Below, in pieces: positions 48,016 through 59,700 of a stretch of 64,000 nt of DNA. Source of the DNA: Macrostomum lignano. Taxonomy: Eukaryota. The stretch spans positions 1 through 64,000 of the forward strand of contig NIVC01002451.1 in the NCBI GenBank assembly GCA_002269645.1, in the 5' to 3' direction. The notes under the pieces are model-generated. The model made no database searches. It had not been told where the DNA came from and worked only from the letters and a program-made list of their open reading frames with translations. The translations under genes were made by a program, and so were the position numbers. Positions within the stretch are counted from its first letter, which is position 1; every line of letters begins with the position of its first letter.

Positions 48016-48621
48016 CAGGGGTCGGCAACTCCGGCCCGCGAGGCCTGTCTATCCGGTCCTCGGGTGCTTTGACACTTCACAATAGCAATCCGGCCCGCTC
48101 AAGGCTTGTGTCTCTTCTCAGCTCCCTTCTCTCTTGTTTTCTCCTCTTCCTCTCATCTCCCCTCCCATCTCTCCCCTCCTCTACCGTCTCTCTCATCTAC
48201 CCTCTCTCCTTTCTCCCCTCCTCTTCCGTCTCTCCCATCTACCCTCTCTCCTTTCTCCCCTCCTCTCCCGTCTCTCCCATCTACCCTCTCTCCTTTCTCC
48301 CCTCCTCTCCCGTCTCTCTCATCTACCCTCTCTCCTTTCTCCCCTCCTCTCCCGTCTCTCTCATCTACCCTCCCTCCTTTCTCCCTCCTCTCCCGTCTCT
48401 CTCATCTACCCTCCCTCCTTTCTCCCTCCTCTCCCGTCTCTCTCATCTACCCTCCCTCCTTTCTCCCTCCTCTCCCGTCTCTCTCATCTACCCTCTCTCA
48501 TTTCTCCCCTCCTCTCCAGTCTCTCTCATCTACCCTGTTCTCTCCTCTCCTCTCTCTGTCCTGCAATCATACGCTAGATTCTATATCCAGCCTTTCAGTT
48601 AAAAAATTTTACCGACCCCTC
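48016..48621 (+). mobile_element. Probable degenerate hAT (Charlie-like) MITE containing a ~42-bp CT-rich minisatellite (48165-48535)
   Basis: Left end CAGGGGTCGGCAACTCCGGCCCGCGAGGCC is the typical hAT-Charlie terminus. Right end TTTACCGACCCCTC matches its reverse complement at 11/14 nt. No 8-bp TSD found. Confidence 0.5.
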
Positions 48622-48979
48622 AGGAGCCAGCGGAATGGGGCATGACTGCTCACTGGGCTGAGGGTCCGCTGACGCAGTGCTCAGAGCGAACTAAATTGGT
48701 GACAGCTTGTATAAAACTTGCTGAACAAGTGAACGAATGTTGTTCTAATTCCAAGAAATAAAGAAATACACAATGCGTCAGTCCGTACCATAGACAGAAA
48801 TCTCGGAGCCCGACAGCTCCTGCTGGTTCATCATCCTGGACCGCATGGGAACCACGTAGTCAGTGTCCGTCAGGTACTGCCTATCGCTGGCTCGGCTGCC
48901 CGCTGGCTCGGCTGCAACATTGGAATTCACTGCTCAAGAGTCTGCTTGAACATGCTTTATTCAATGGAATCTTGCAAGC

Positions 48980-49710
48980 TTGCAACCTTCACATCCCTGC
49001 AACCTTCACAACCCTGCAACCTTCACATCCCTGCAACCTTCACAACCCTGCAACCTTCACATCCCTGCAACCTTCACAACCCTGCAACCTTCACATCCCT
49101 GCAACCTTCACAACCCTGCAACCTTCACATCCCTGCAATCTTCACACCCCTGCAACCTTCACACCCCTGCAATCTTCACATCCCTGCAACTTCACAACCC
49201 TGCAACCTTCACATTTCTGCAACCTTCACATCCCTGCAATCTTCACATTACTGTAAGCTTCACATCCCTGCAACCTTCACATCCCTGCAACCTTCACAAC
49301 CCTGCAACCTTCACATTTCTGCAACTTTCACATCCCTGCAATCTTCACATTACTGTAAGCTTCACATCCCTGCAATCTTCACATTCCTGCAACCTTCACA
49401 TCCCTGCAACCTTCACATTCCTGCAACCTTCACATTCCTGCAACCTTCACATCCCTGCAATCTTCACATTACTGTAAGCTTCACATCCCTGCAACCTTCA
49501 CACCCCTGCAATCTTCACATCCCTGCAACCTTCACAACCCTGCAACCTTCACATTTCTGCAACCTTCACATCCCTGCAATCTTCACATTACTGTAAGCTT
49601 CACATCCCTGCAACCTTCACACCCCTGCAATCTTCACATTCCTGCAACCTTCACATTCCTGCAACCTTCACATTCCTGCAACCTTCACACCGCTGCAACC
49701 TTCACATCCC
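48980..49710. repeat. Minisatellite, 17-bp unit CTGCAACCTTCACATCC
   Basis: About 42 copies with variants. Confidence 0.96.
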
Positions 49711-50009
49711 TACAATAAAATTCCTATCCCTACAAATAGATCCTGCAACTGATCCCCCTGAACCCCCCAGTCTCCCCTCCTCATCACCAGCCGGCTGTGG
49801 CGGGGGCGACAGAGGACCCTCCTTAACGCCGGTCAGATTCCTGAACTCCGCGGCCGAGTTGGGTGCGCCAGAGGTGGCCAGCTGGTCAACGAGGCCGTCC
49901 TCAGCGGATGGCCCGTGGTCCACGGCTACCGCGGTTGCGACTGTAACGAAAGTTCACTGATCCAATAGCTTAAATTTTTTATGCTTTCCAAAATTACGCC
50001 TATCACTAA

Positions 50010-51260
50010 TGCTCCCCACTGAAGCACTGAAACATTCCCCACACGGGCACTGAAACACCCCCACAGACACTGAAACACCCCCAGACACTGAAACACCCCC
50101 ACAGACACTGAAACACCCCCAGACACTGAAACACCCCCACAGACACTGAAACACCCCTAGACACTGAAACACCCCCAGACACTGAAACACCCCCAGACAC
50201 TGAAACACCCCCACAGACACTGAAACACCCCCAGACACTGAAACACCCCCACAGACACTGAAACAAACCCCAAAGACACTGAAACACCGTACAGACACTG
50301 AAACACCCCCACAGACACTGAAATACGCCACAGACACTGAAACACCCCAGCAGACACTGAAACACTCCCCCCCCACATACACTGAAACTCCCCCCACAGA
50401 CACTGAAACACCCCCACAGACACTGAAACACTCCCCCCACAGACACTGAAACACCCCCACAGACACTGAAACACCCCCACAGACACTGAAACACCCCCAT
50501 CAGACACTGAAACAAATCCCACAGACACTGAAACACCCCCATCAGACACTGAAACAAATCCCACAGACACTGAAACACCCCCACAGACACTGAAACACTC
50601 CCCCCACAGACACTGAAACACCCCACAGACGCTGAAACACCCCACAGACGCTAAAACAATCCTCATAGACACTGAAACACCCTAACAGACGCTGAAACAC
50701 CCCACAGACGCTAAAACACTCCTCATAGACACTGAAACACCCCACAGACGCTAAAACACTCCTCATAGACACTGAAACACCCCACAGACGCTAAAACACC
50801 CCTCATAGACACTGAAACACCCCACAGACGCTAAAACACTCCTCAAAGACACTGAAACACCCCACAGACGCTAAAACACTCCTCATAGACACTGAAACAC
50901 CCCAACAGACACTGAAACACCCCACAGACGCTAAAACACTCCTCATAGACACTGAAACACCCCACAGACGCTAAAACACTCCTCATAGACACTGAAACAC
51001 CCCACAGACGCTAAAACACCCCTCATAGACACTGAAACACCCCACAGACGCTAAAACACCCCTCATAGACACTGAAACACCCCACATACGTTAAAACACT
51101 CCTCATAGACACTGAAACACCCCACAGACGCTAAAACACTCCTCATAGACACTGAAACACCCCAACAGACACTGAAACACCCCACAGACGCTAAAACACT
51201 CCTCATAGACACTGAAACACCCCACAGACGCTAAAACACTCCTCATAGACACTGAAACAC
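50010..51260. repeat. Minisatellite: ~20-22-bp CAGACACTGAAACACCCCCA monomers, then ~40-bp dimers CAGACGCTAAAACACTCCTCATAGACACTGAAACACCCCA
   Basis: Monomer to dimer switch near 50630. Confidence 0.95.
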
Positions 51261-51814
51261 CTCCACGGACAAGCACCAGTCAATACTCACAGCCGTGAAG
51301 CGCAACCGCCGCCAAACAGAGCCAGAGGAATATTAGCCGGCCGTAGCAGTCAGTTGCAGACTGCATTGCTGCCATAACCGTATGTGAAATCGCCGATAAA
51401 CACAAGCCCGCGTTTCGCATGCAGATAAAGCATGCCGACCAGTGCAGTTTAAGAGCCTATCATCCGTCACTGCTAGTTGCAGCTGCTCTCATTTGATGGT
51501 TGGCATGCCGAGGACGGGAGGGGGCCGGCACGAAGGGAGGCTTGCAGCTTCCGGACAGTCGGAGACCAACTCCCCCATGGGACCGAGGGAGAAGGGAAAG
51601 GCAGGAGGACCTGGTCCGATTCTGCAGCCAAAATAAATCGATAGCTCCGTGCATAACACTGCAAATGGCCCACAGCCCAGCTCCAAACCGTATGAAAAAA
51701 TTTCCAATCTGAACTACATATAGTGTTTTTTTAACTAAATAGAGAAATCAATAGCAGCTCAAGCGAAGAGCCACTCGTATTCCAGTCATTTTTTTAGGTA
51801 TTAAATAGTCGTAC

Positions 51815-52565
51815 TTGATACTGAACTGACAAGGCTATGGTAGATACTGAACTGACAAGGCTATGGTAGATACTGAACTGACAAGGCTATGGTAGATACT
51901 GAACTGACAAGGCTATGGTAGATACTGAACTGACAAGGCTTGTAGATACTGAACTGACAAGGCTATGGTAGATACTGAACTGACAAGGCTATGGTGGATA
52001 CTGAACTGACAAGGCTTGTAGATACTGAACTGACAAGGCTATGGTAGATACTGAACTGACAAGGCTATGGTAGATACTGAACTGACAAGGCTATGGTAGA
52101 TACTGAACTGACAAGGCTATGGTAGATACTGAACTGACAAGGCTATGGTAGATACTGAACTGACAAGGCTATGGTAGATACTGAACTGACAAGGCTATGG
52201 TAGATACTGAACTGACAAGGCTATGGTAGATACTGAACTGACAAGGCTATGGTAGATACTGAACTGACAAGGCTATGGTAGATACTGAACTGACAAGGCT
52301 ATGGTAGATACTGAACTGACAAGGCTATGGTAGATACTGAACTGACAAGGATATGGTAGATACTGAACTGACAAGGCTATGGTAGATACTGAACTGACAA
52401 GGCTATGGTAGATACTGAACTGACAAGGCTATGGTAGATACTGAACTGACAAGGCTATGGTAGATACTGAACTGACAAGGCTATGGTGGATACTGAACTG
52501 ACAAGGCTATGGTGGATACTGAACTGACAAGGCTGGTAGATACTGAACTGACAATGCTGGTAGAT
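51815..52565. repeat. Minisatellite, 26-bp unit TAGATACTGAACTGACAAGGCTATGG
   Basis: About 29 near-perfect copies. Confidence 0.98.
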
Positions 52566-53129
52566 AATTGGGCTGACAATGCACGATCCCTACTCAATTA
52601 ACACTTTGAAACAGGTGGAAGAAACGGTATTGACAACTGTCGAAGTTAAATAAATAAAACACAAAGAGAGCAGCATGGTCCAATTATTTACTATCAATAG
52701 AATATCAATTAACTAAATAATATTAATAAATATTTTATAAGGAATCTGAATTCAGTCTGTGACAGTTTGCTACAGAAAGAGAACTTAGACTTCGAGTTTA
52801 ATTATCACTTGTACACAAAAATCTTTGATATCATATGTTGCTATGTTTAACTTGTCAATGCAATTGAAAGCAGATAAAGATGAAGCCACTTAGGTTAAAA
52901 TAGAGTCTCAAACTATTGCCAGATTGCAGGTATCGTTAAGTAATAAAACAAAAAAATCGAGGATTGCAGAAGAATTTCATGCAATCCGAGTAGCCTCATC
53001 AGCGTTTTTGTGTCTAGAAAATAAATGCCGAAGACACAGCAACAACATTTAACTAGAATATAATGACAACTGGTACTACACAGAACACATTTTAGGGCAA
53101 AAATTCCCAAGCGATAAGTTGCACTCCTA

Positions 53130-53595
53130 CCCCATCAGGACAAACACTTCCCTATCCAATGTACACTCCTACCTCAGCTAGACAAACCCCTCACTATTCC
53201 AATGTACACTCCTACCCCACCAGGACAAACCCCTCACTATTCCAATGTACACTCCTACCCCACCAGGACAAACCCCTCACTATTCCAATGTACACTCCTA
53301 CCCCACCAGGACAAACCCCTCACTATTCCAATGTACACTCCTACCCCACCAGGACAAACCCCTCACTATTCCAATGTACACTCCTACCCCACCAGGACAT
53401 ACCCCTCAATATTCCAATGTACACTCCTACCCCACCAGGACAAACCCCTCACTATTCCAATGTACACTCCTACCCCACCAGGACAAACCCCTCACTATTC
53501 CAATGTACACTCCTACCCCACCAGGACAAACCCCTCACTATTCCAATGTACACTCCTACCCCAGCTAGACAAACACCTCACTATTCCAATGCACA
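53130..53595. repeat. Minisatellite, 43-bp unit CCAATGTACACTCCTACCCCACCAGGACAAACCCCTCACTATT
   Basis: About 10 copies. Confidence 0.97.
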
Positions 53596-55455
53596 TTTGA
53601 AAGAAACTTATCTAATGCTGCATAACTTCCATGGTTTGGAAAAAGACATTTGCTTCCTAAAAAATGAAAATATAACCACACACAAAATACCACAATTGAT
53701 AAAAATTAAATCCCCCATCAATTCCATATGGTATGGTTTACTTGATTTTAACTAAATCAAAGGAAACGATAAACAATACAAAAAGACGTCGTACGCTTCT
53801 AGCAGCTACACGCTACACACATGTAAGACTCGGAATGCAAGCGCAAACTACTCGAGCTAAGAAGCAAATGATAAAAATAGCTGGCATTAACGGGGTAAAG
53901 AAACGTAACAGCAAACTGCAATCAGCTAGTGGATCAGTTTAGATCGCAAAGCCAGGAACGAATCGAGCTGATTTGGTCACAAAATACAAATATATGAAAA
54001 GCCAAAAGATAAAGCCCGTGTTACGAGTGTATCTGCTCTACCGTATATACATCTCAGGAGATTCTGTAGTTCATTAGCAAATTGATAAATACAACAGAGC
54101 TTTTAAAAACTGATTAAGATAAAAGTTGCCCAGACTGGCTTCTGCGGTATTAGCCTAGCCTAGATTTGATGCAAGTGACAGCCAATTATTGATTGAACGC
54201 AACAACTGTTCTTCAGAGTTTCAATATACCAATTAACTTCTGGAACGAGATAGAAAAAATATATTCTACTTAATTCAGTGCTTAAATTTCAGCTTCATCA
54301 GGTTGACAGAACAAAAGCAATCGAGAATTTACTGGCGAGCCTACCGTCAGAGGTTGGTTCTGCGCACTCTGTTTATTGCTGCTGGTGAAATCTGCGTTTA
54401 ATTTGGTGCGAATTCGCCAGTAGGCCGACTTCTCAGCCACTTAGGGTTTGGCCATAAACTTAGCAGAAAGCAATTTAGAAGTGCTATGGTAATATTCTAA
54501 TGTCTAATGTCTATAGACATCTAAATGTCTATGGTAATATTTGAAAAGTGTAATAATGATCACAACTTGTTTCAATTGTGTGCAGGTGTAAGTATATGTA
54601 CAATGGATAAATAATCAGCGGTCCCAGTGCGTGACGATTGTCTGGCGAGCGCCGGTAGGCTTGGAGCCATAGACAAATCGTTGTCACGTGCTGCGACCGC
54701 TGATTCTTTGCATTGTTTGTAGTAATGATTGTTCTGTATAAAATATGTGAATAATGATCGTCAAATTGCTAAACAATGATTAATCAATACCCAGCGAAAG
54801 CTTTAGACACAGAATATACACAGAATGTCAAATCAAGCGATTTTCATGAAGCCGAATTAAAATTCGTGTGCACTACTCTTGTTGTGAAGTCTATGGCCAG
54901 TAGTATAAATTAGCGAAGAATAATAAGTAACCTGGAGGACCAAATGTAAAATTTTATCATTTTTTCGTAGATGATAATCTAAACAAACCAAACAATGAAG
55001 AACTCAAGTTAAACAGAATTCATTCGCATCATCAACAAACAACAGCTAAGCAGAATTCATTCGCATCACAGTTAAACTACAGTTAAACAGCATTTAATCG
55101 CATTCAGCTTCTCCCTCTCTTCAGCTCTCTATATTTCTGTCGTACGCCCCCGCTTTCTCTGCTGAGCGAGCGTCCTCTGACTGTTGCACCAGTGATTCAG
55201 GCGAAGTCTGGCAAACAACTTGGCCATTGCCTTAGCACAGCGTTCGCCGTGAGGAATCGGGTGTCCGGGACTCCGGAGGGCACTTGTAGGCATAGTTTGG
55301 GCATCCATAGGCTGCGCACTGGAGTCTGGATTTTCCAGCCATGCTGCGCAGAAAAGCTCAGACTGAACTTAGTTTTCAGTTAAGTGAAAACCTTTCCTTT
55401 CCTTTTTCATTTTCATTCATAGAATAGTCTATGGCAAAAACTCAAGCCCTACTTA

Positions 55456-56204
55456 CTGGGTGAACACTTAAAATCTGGACTTTCCGAGTTACTTTCCGAG
55501 TACTTCCACATGTCCAGCCAAACGATTTCTGGCAACAGCTTCTACTATGCCACTGCACGCGGCGACGCTCCTGTTGAGAAGCGCGTTTCACCTCAAAAAG
55601 AAGTTCGGCGACAAGATCCTGGTGTGGCTGGCCATCAGCAGGCACGGGGCTTCGCGAGTGTACACGTGTCACTCCAAGACGATGAACAAGGAGATGTACG
55701 CAAACGAGTGCATTCGCAAGCGGCTGGTGCCATTTCTCAATGAGCAGCACAGCGATGGCAATTACCTGTTCTGGCCAGATCTGGCCTCCTGCTATTACGC
55801 CAAGGACGTGATCGAGGTGTTCCAGCAGCTGGACATCAACTTTGTCTCGAAGGAGCAGAATCCTTCCTGCGTGCCTCACCTTCGTCCAATCGAGCAATTT
55901 TGGGGCATTTTGAAGCAGCAGGTGTACCATCATAGTTGGCAGGCTCAGACACTTCAGCAGCTGGAGAACAGAATCAAGAAATGCCTGAGGGAGATGGACT
56001 GGTCCGTTGTACATCACATGATGGGACAGGTCAAGTCGCAGATTCGCAGGGCGCGCTGATGGCTTTTAATCGGCTTATTGTTAACTCTATGATGATTACT
56101 GTTTCTTGTTGAATACTTCCCTGTTAAAAAGTTTGATTATCCTGTTTATAACGCCACGAAATATAAACATTTAGAGACGTCCAGATTTTAAGTGTTTACC
56201 CACG
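55456..56204 (+). mobile_element. Internally deleted IS630-Tc1-mariner DNA transposon, DD37E (ITmD37E/mosquito-like), 749 bp
   Basis: TIRs CTGGGTGAACACTTAAAATCTGGAC (55456-55480) and GTCCAGATTTTAAGTGTTTACCCACG (56179-56204), flanked by TA on both sides. Transposase C-half contains KKFGDKILVWLAIS...FWPDLASCYYAK...NPSCVPHLRPIEQFW with 37 residues between D and E. Confidence 0.9.
55510..56059 (+). pseudogene. Truncated DD37E transposase (N-terminal HTH and first Asp missing; one frameshift ~55585)
   Basis: GNSFYYATARGDAPVEKR joins, after removing one base, FHLKKKFGDKILVW...RRAR*. Confidence 0.85.
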
Positions 56205-56728
56205 TATCAAAGCTTCACAACAAGAGTAGGCTGGTGGGATTTTAATGCTTGTACCGATTTTTTAAACAAAAATACTCGAATCGGCATTCTGTGTATATTC
56301 TGTGGCTTTAGATGCGTTTAAAGATATTTCGGCTAAAATAAAACGGCCAACAGCAAGAAGACAAGTCATATAGGTTTTTGCAAGGATCTGGGAGGGTTGC
56401 CCAGCAACTGAGGATCTGGGAGGCTGGCTCAGGCAACTGATCGTGGATCTGGAAGGCTGACAGCCAACCGGAAGATTTTTCTCGTCGGGAAATAATTGTC
56501 CTTTAACAGTGTCAGTTGGCACATGAAAAAGAGATTAATTAATATGCTGATTGTTTTATAAATGTGCCAATTGACAGTTGTGGGCACAGTTGGCAGAATT
56601 GCAGATTTTGCTAGGACAATTATTTCCCACCGGGAGAGTACAGCACGCAAAGGTTGTCGGACAACAGACTGACAGAAATAAGCGTCCTAAGGGCGCAGTT
56701 GGCACACTTAAGAACGGGTGACAGGTCT

Positions 56729-59700
56729 CTATGTAGGCTTAGTTTTCTTTACCAGCGTGGAATTGCCGTACAGTACGTAGCGGAACATATCGCCAAGAGT
56801 GGAATCTACATACTTAATAGTCTCCATATTGTACTGTTTGCCGTGAAATCTGTACCAGAGATGCATAACGTAGTTCTTCTTACGCCAGTCCCATTTCCGC
56901 ACGGGGCCATAGATCAAAGGCAGCTCGCCGCCAGTCCAATTGGGTCGGTCCATGCTCTCCTGCTCGATGTGGCAGTGCTCGGAGTACATGGGGCACAGGG
57001 TGTTGGGATAGGTGACGGAGTGGGCAGCCCATATGCCATCGTCGAGAACCTGGTAGGTGACGTACCACATGCACATGAAGGTGGAGTTGGCCGCGGCCAG
57101 AAAGACGCCGTTGCAGAGTCCGCCGCCCGTCTCCCTGCCGATGGTGAACGGGTAGCGGCGCAGCGGCTCCAGCGGCTTCAATGTGACCACGTCGATGTCG
57201 AAATAGGCGCCGCCAAGTACCAGCACGGCTTCCATGCGGATCACATCGGCCTGGTGCTCCTTCACGCGCATCGGCACCGAATAGGACTGCGGTTGGGGAG
57301 ACGCGGGAGCACTCGGTGTTGGGGTGACCTGCCATTAGCCCTACTCAATAGCGTGCCCATTAGCCCCATTCACTCAATAGCTTGCCCATTAGCCCCATTC
57401 ACTCAATAGCTTGCCCATTAGCCCCATTCACTCAATAGCTTGCCCATTAGCCCTACTCACTCAATAGCTTACCCATTAGCCCTACTCACTCAATAGCTTG
57501 CCCATTAGCCCTATTCACTCAATAGCTTGCCAATTAGCTTCATTCACTCAATAGCTTGCCCATTAGCCCCATTCACTCAATAGCTTGCCCATTAGCCCTA
57601 CTCACTCAGTTACCCTTTCCATTGGCTCCATTCACTCAATAGCTTGCCCATTAGGCCCATTCACTCAATAGCTTGCCCATTAGCCCCATTCACTCAATAG
57701 CTTGCCAATTAGCCCTACTCACTCAGTTACCCTTTCCATTGGCTCCATTCACTCAATAGCTTGCCCATTAGCCCCATTCACTCAATAGCTTGCCCATTAG
57801 CCCCATTCACTCAATAGCTTGCCCATTAGCCCCATTCACTCAATAGCTTGCCCATTAGCCCCATTCACTCAATAGCTTGCCCATTAGCCGAAGGGGGGCC
57901 GTAGCCCAGCGGTAGCGCAGCTGCTCTGGTGTGCCAGCGACCCAGGCTCGATTCCAAGTGCAGCCACATTAATTTGGGGCTGAATTGGAATTTCGGCTTG
58001 GCTCGCTTGTGCAATTAACGGCCTTGAGAGCCAACCCCCCCAAGGCGCAGTGAAGTGTACATGCCTAACAATTGATAAAGTTAGGGCCGCTGTACACTCC
58101 TGTGTGAGTGTGTGCCTGCGTACGTATCCGCGCGCTTGTATGCCTGCTCAGGGGAGTCGGCGGAATGGGCAGTAATGCCTCTCGCCGGTTGTGTGCCTAT
58201 GTCGCTTAAAGTGCGCCAGGGTGCACACAACCCCCCTGCCTCTAATAAAAAAAATTGCCCATTAGCCCTACTCACTCAATAGCTTGCCCATTGGCCCCAT
58301 TCACTCAATAGCTTGCCCATTAGCCCCATTCACTCAATAGCTTGCCAATTAGCCCCACTCACTCAGTTACCCTTTCCATTGGCTCCACTCACTCAGTAGC
58401 CTTTCCATTAGCCCCACTCCCTAGCTTCCCCAAAATCAACTCCATCCACTCAGCAGCTTTCCGTATTAGTGGAATCAGAGGATTTAGGTACGAGTATATC
58501 AATACCTTTGTGGGCACGGGCCGATTAATCATGATAACGTTGCTCTCCCAGATGCCAGAGTCGGTGAGATTCTTCTTAAACGCTTCCCAATGCTCGCCAT
58601 AAGGCTGCTTAGCGTACCAGATAACAGTAAATTTGGGCCGCATCACCCAGACTCCGCTGAGCATACAGACTAGATGATGAAATTGCAGCTGAGGATTCAC
58701 AAACGGCAGTACATAGTGAGCAACATTGGGCACAAGATACGGAGCGGTAGGCTTAGTCATAGCCTGCACTTCGGCAACAGTGTACTGCTTGCCGCTAGGA
58801 GAGTGCAGGCGCCATCCGCTCGTGTCAACAATTGGCAGTTTGTGCACCATCAGCTCGTTGATTCGAGACGCGTATTTGCCGGAGAATGGACGCACTGAGC
58901 TCTTCAGCTTGTCGAATTGGCTAATAATGTAGCTCTTATTCATGGGGGCGTACACGTAGTCTCGGCCGGCCACCTGGTCGGCGACCTTCACCGGCGTTGG
59001 CTTGACAGCAGCAGACGTGGACGAGACGGCAGTTCCTGCCAGAGGTCGGGAAGAGATGAGGGTGATGGTACAGGGTAGCGGGGAATCAAATCTTAGCGAG
59101 TCAAATCTCTGGGGGAGTCAAATCTCACTGAGAGGGATTCAAATCTTTACTGAGAGGGAGTCAAATCTCACAGAGAGGGAGTCAAATCTCACTGAGAGGG
59201 AATCAAATCTCACTGAGAGAGGGAGTCAAATCTCATTGAGAGGGAGTCAAATCTCACAGAGAGGAGTCAAATCTCACAGAGAGGGAGTCAAATCTCACTG
59301 AGAGGGAATCAAATCTCACTGAGAGAGGGAGTCAAATCTCACTGACAGAGGGACTCAAATCTCACTGAGAGGGAGTCAAACCTGACTGAGAGGGAGTCGA
59401 ATCTCACTGATAGGGAGTCAAACCTGACTGAGAGGGAGTCGAATCTCACTGAGAGGGAGTCAAATCTCACAGAGAGGGAGTCAAATCTCACAGAGAGGGA
59501 GTCAAATCTCACTGAGAGAGGGAGTCAAATCTCACAGAGAGGGAGTCAAATCTCACTGAGAGGGATTTAAATCTTTACTGAGAGGGAGTCAAATCTCACT
59601 TAGAGGGAGTCAAATCTCACTGAGAGGGAGTCAAATCTCACTGAGAGGGAGTCAAACCTGACTGAGAGGGAGTCAAATCTCACTGAGAGGAAATCAAATC

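Noticed and set aside
52940-53030. Minus-strand CTGATGAG...GAAA hammerhead-like cores (also near 54296 and 31696)
   Set aside because: Stems II and III do not pair properly, or the core order is wrong.
57893-57965. Possible tRNA gene
   Set aside because: A and B boxes are present, but the acceptor and anticodon stems do not pair. The body, A-tail and TSD indicate a SINE head.
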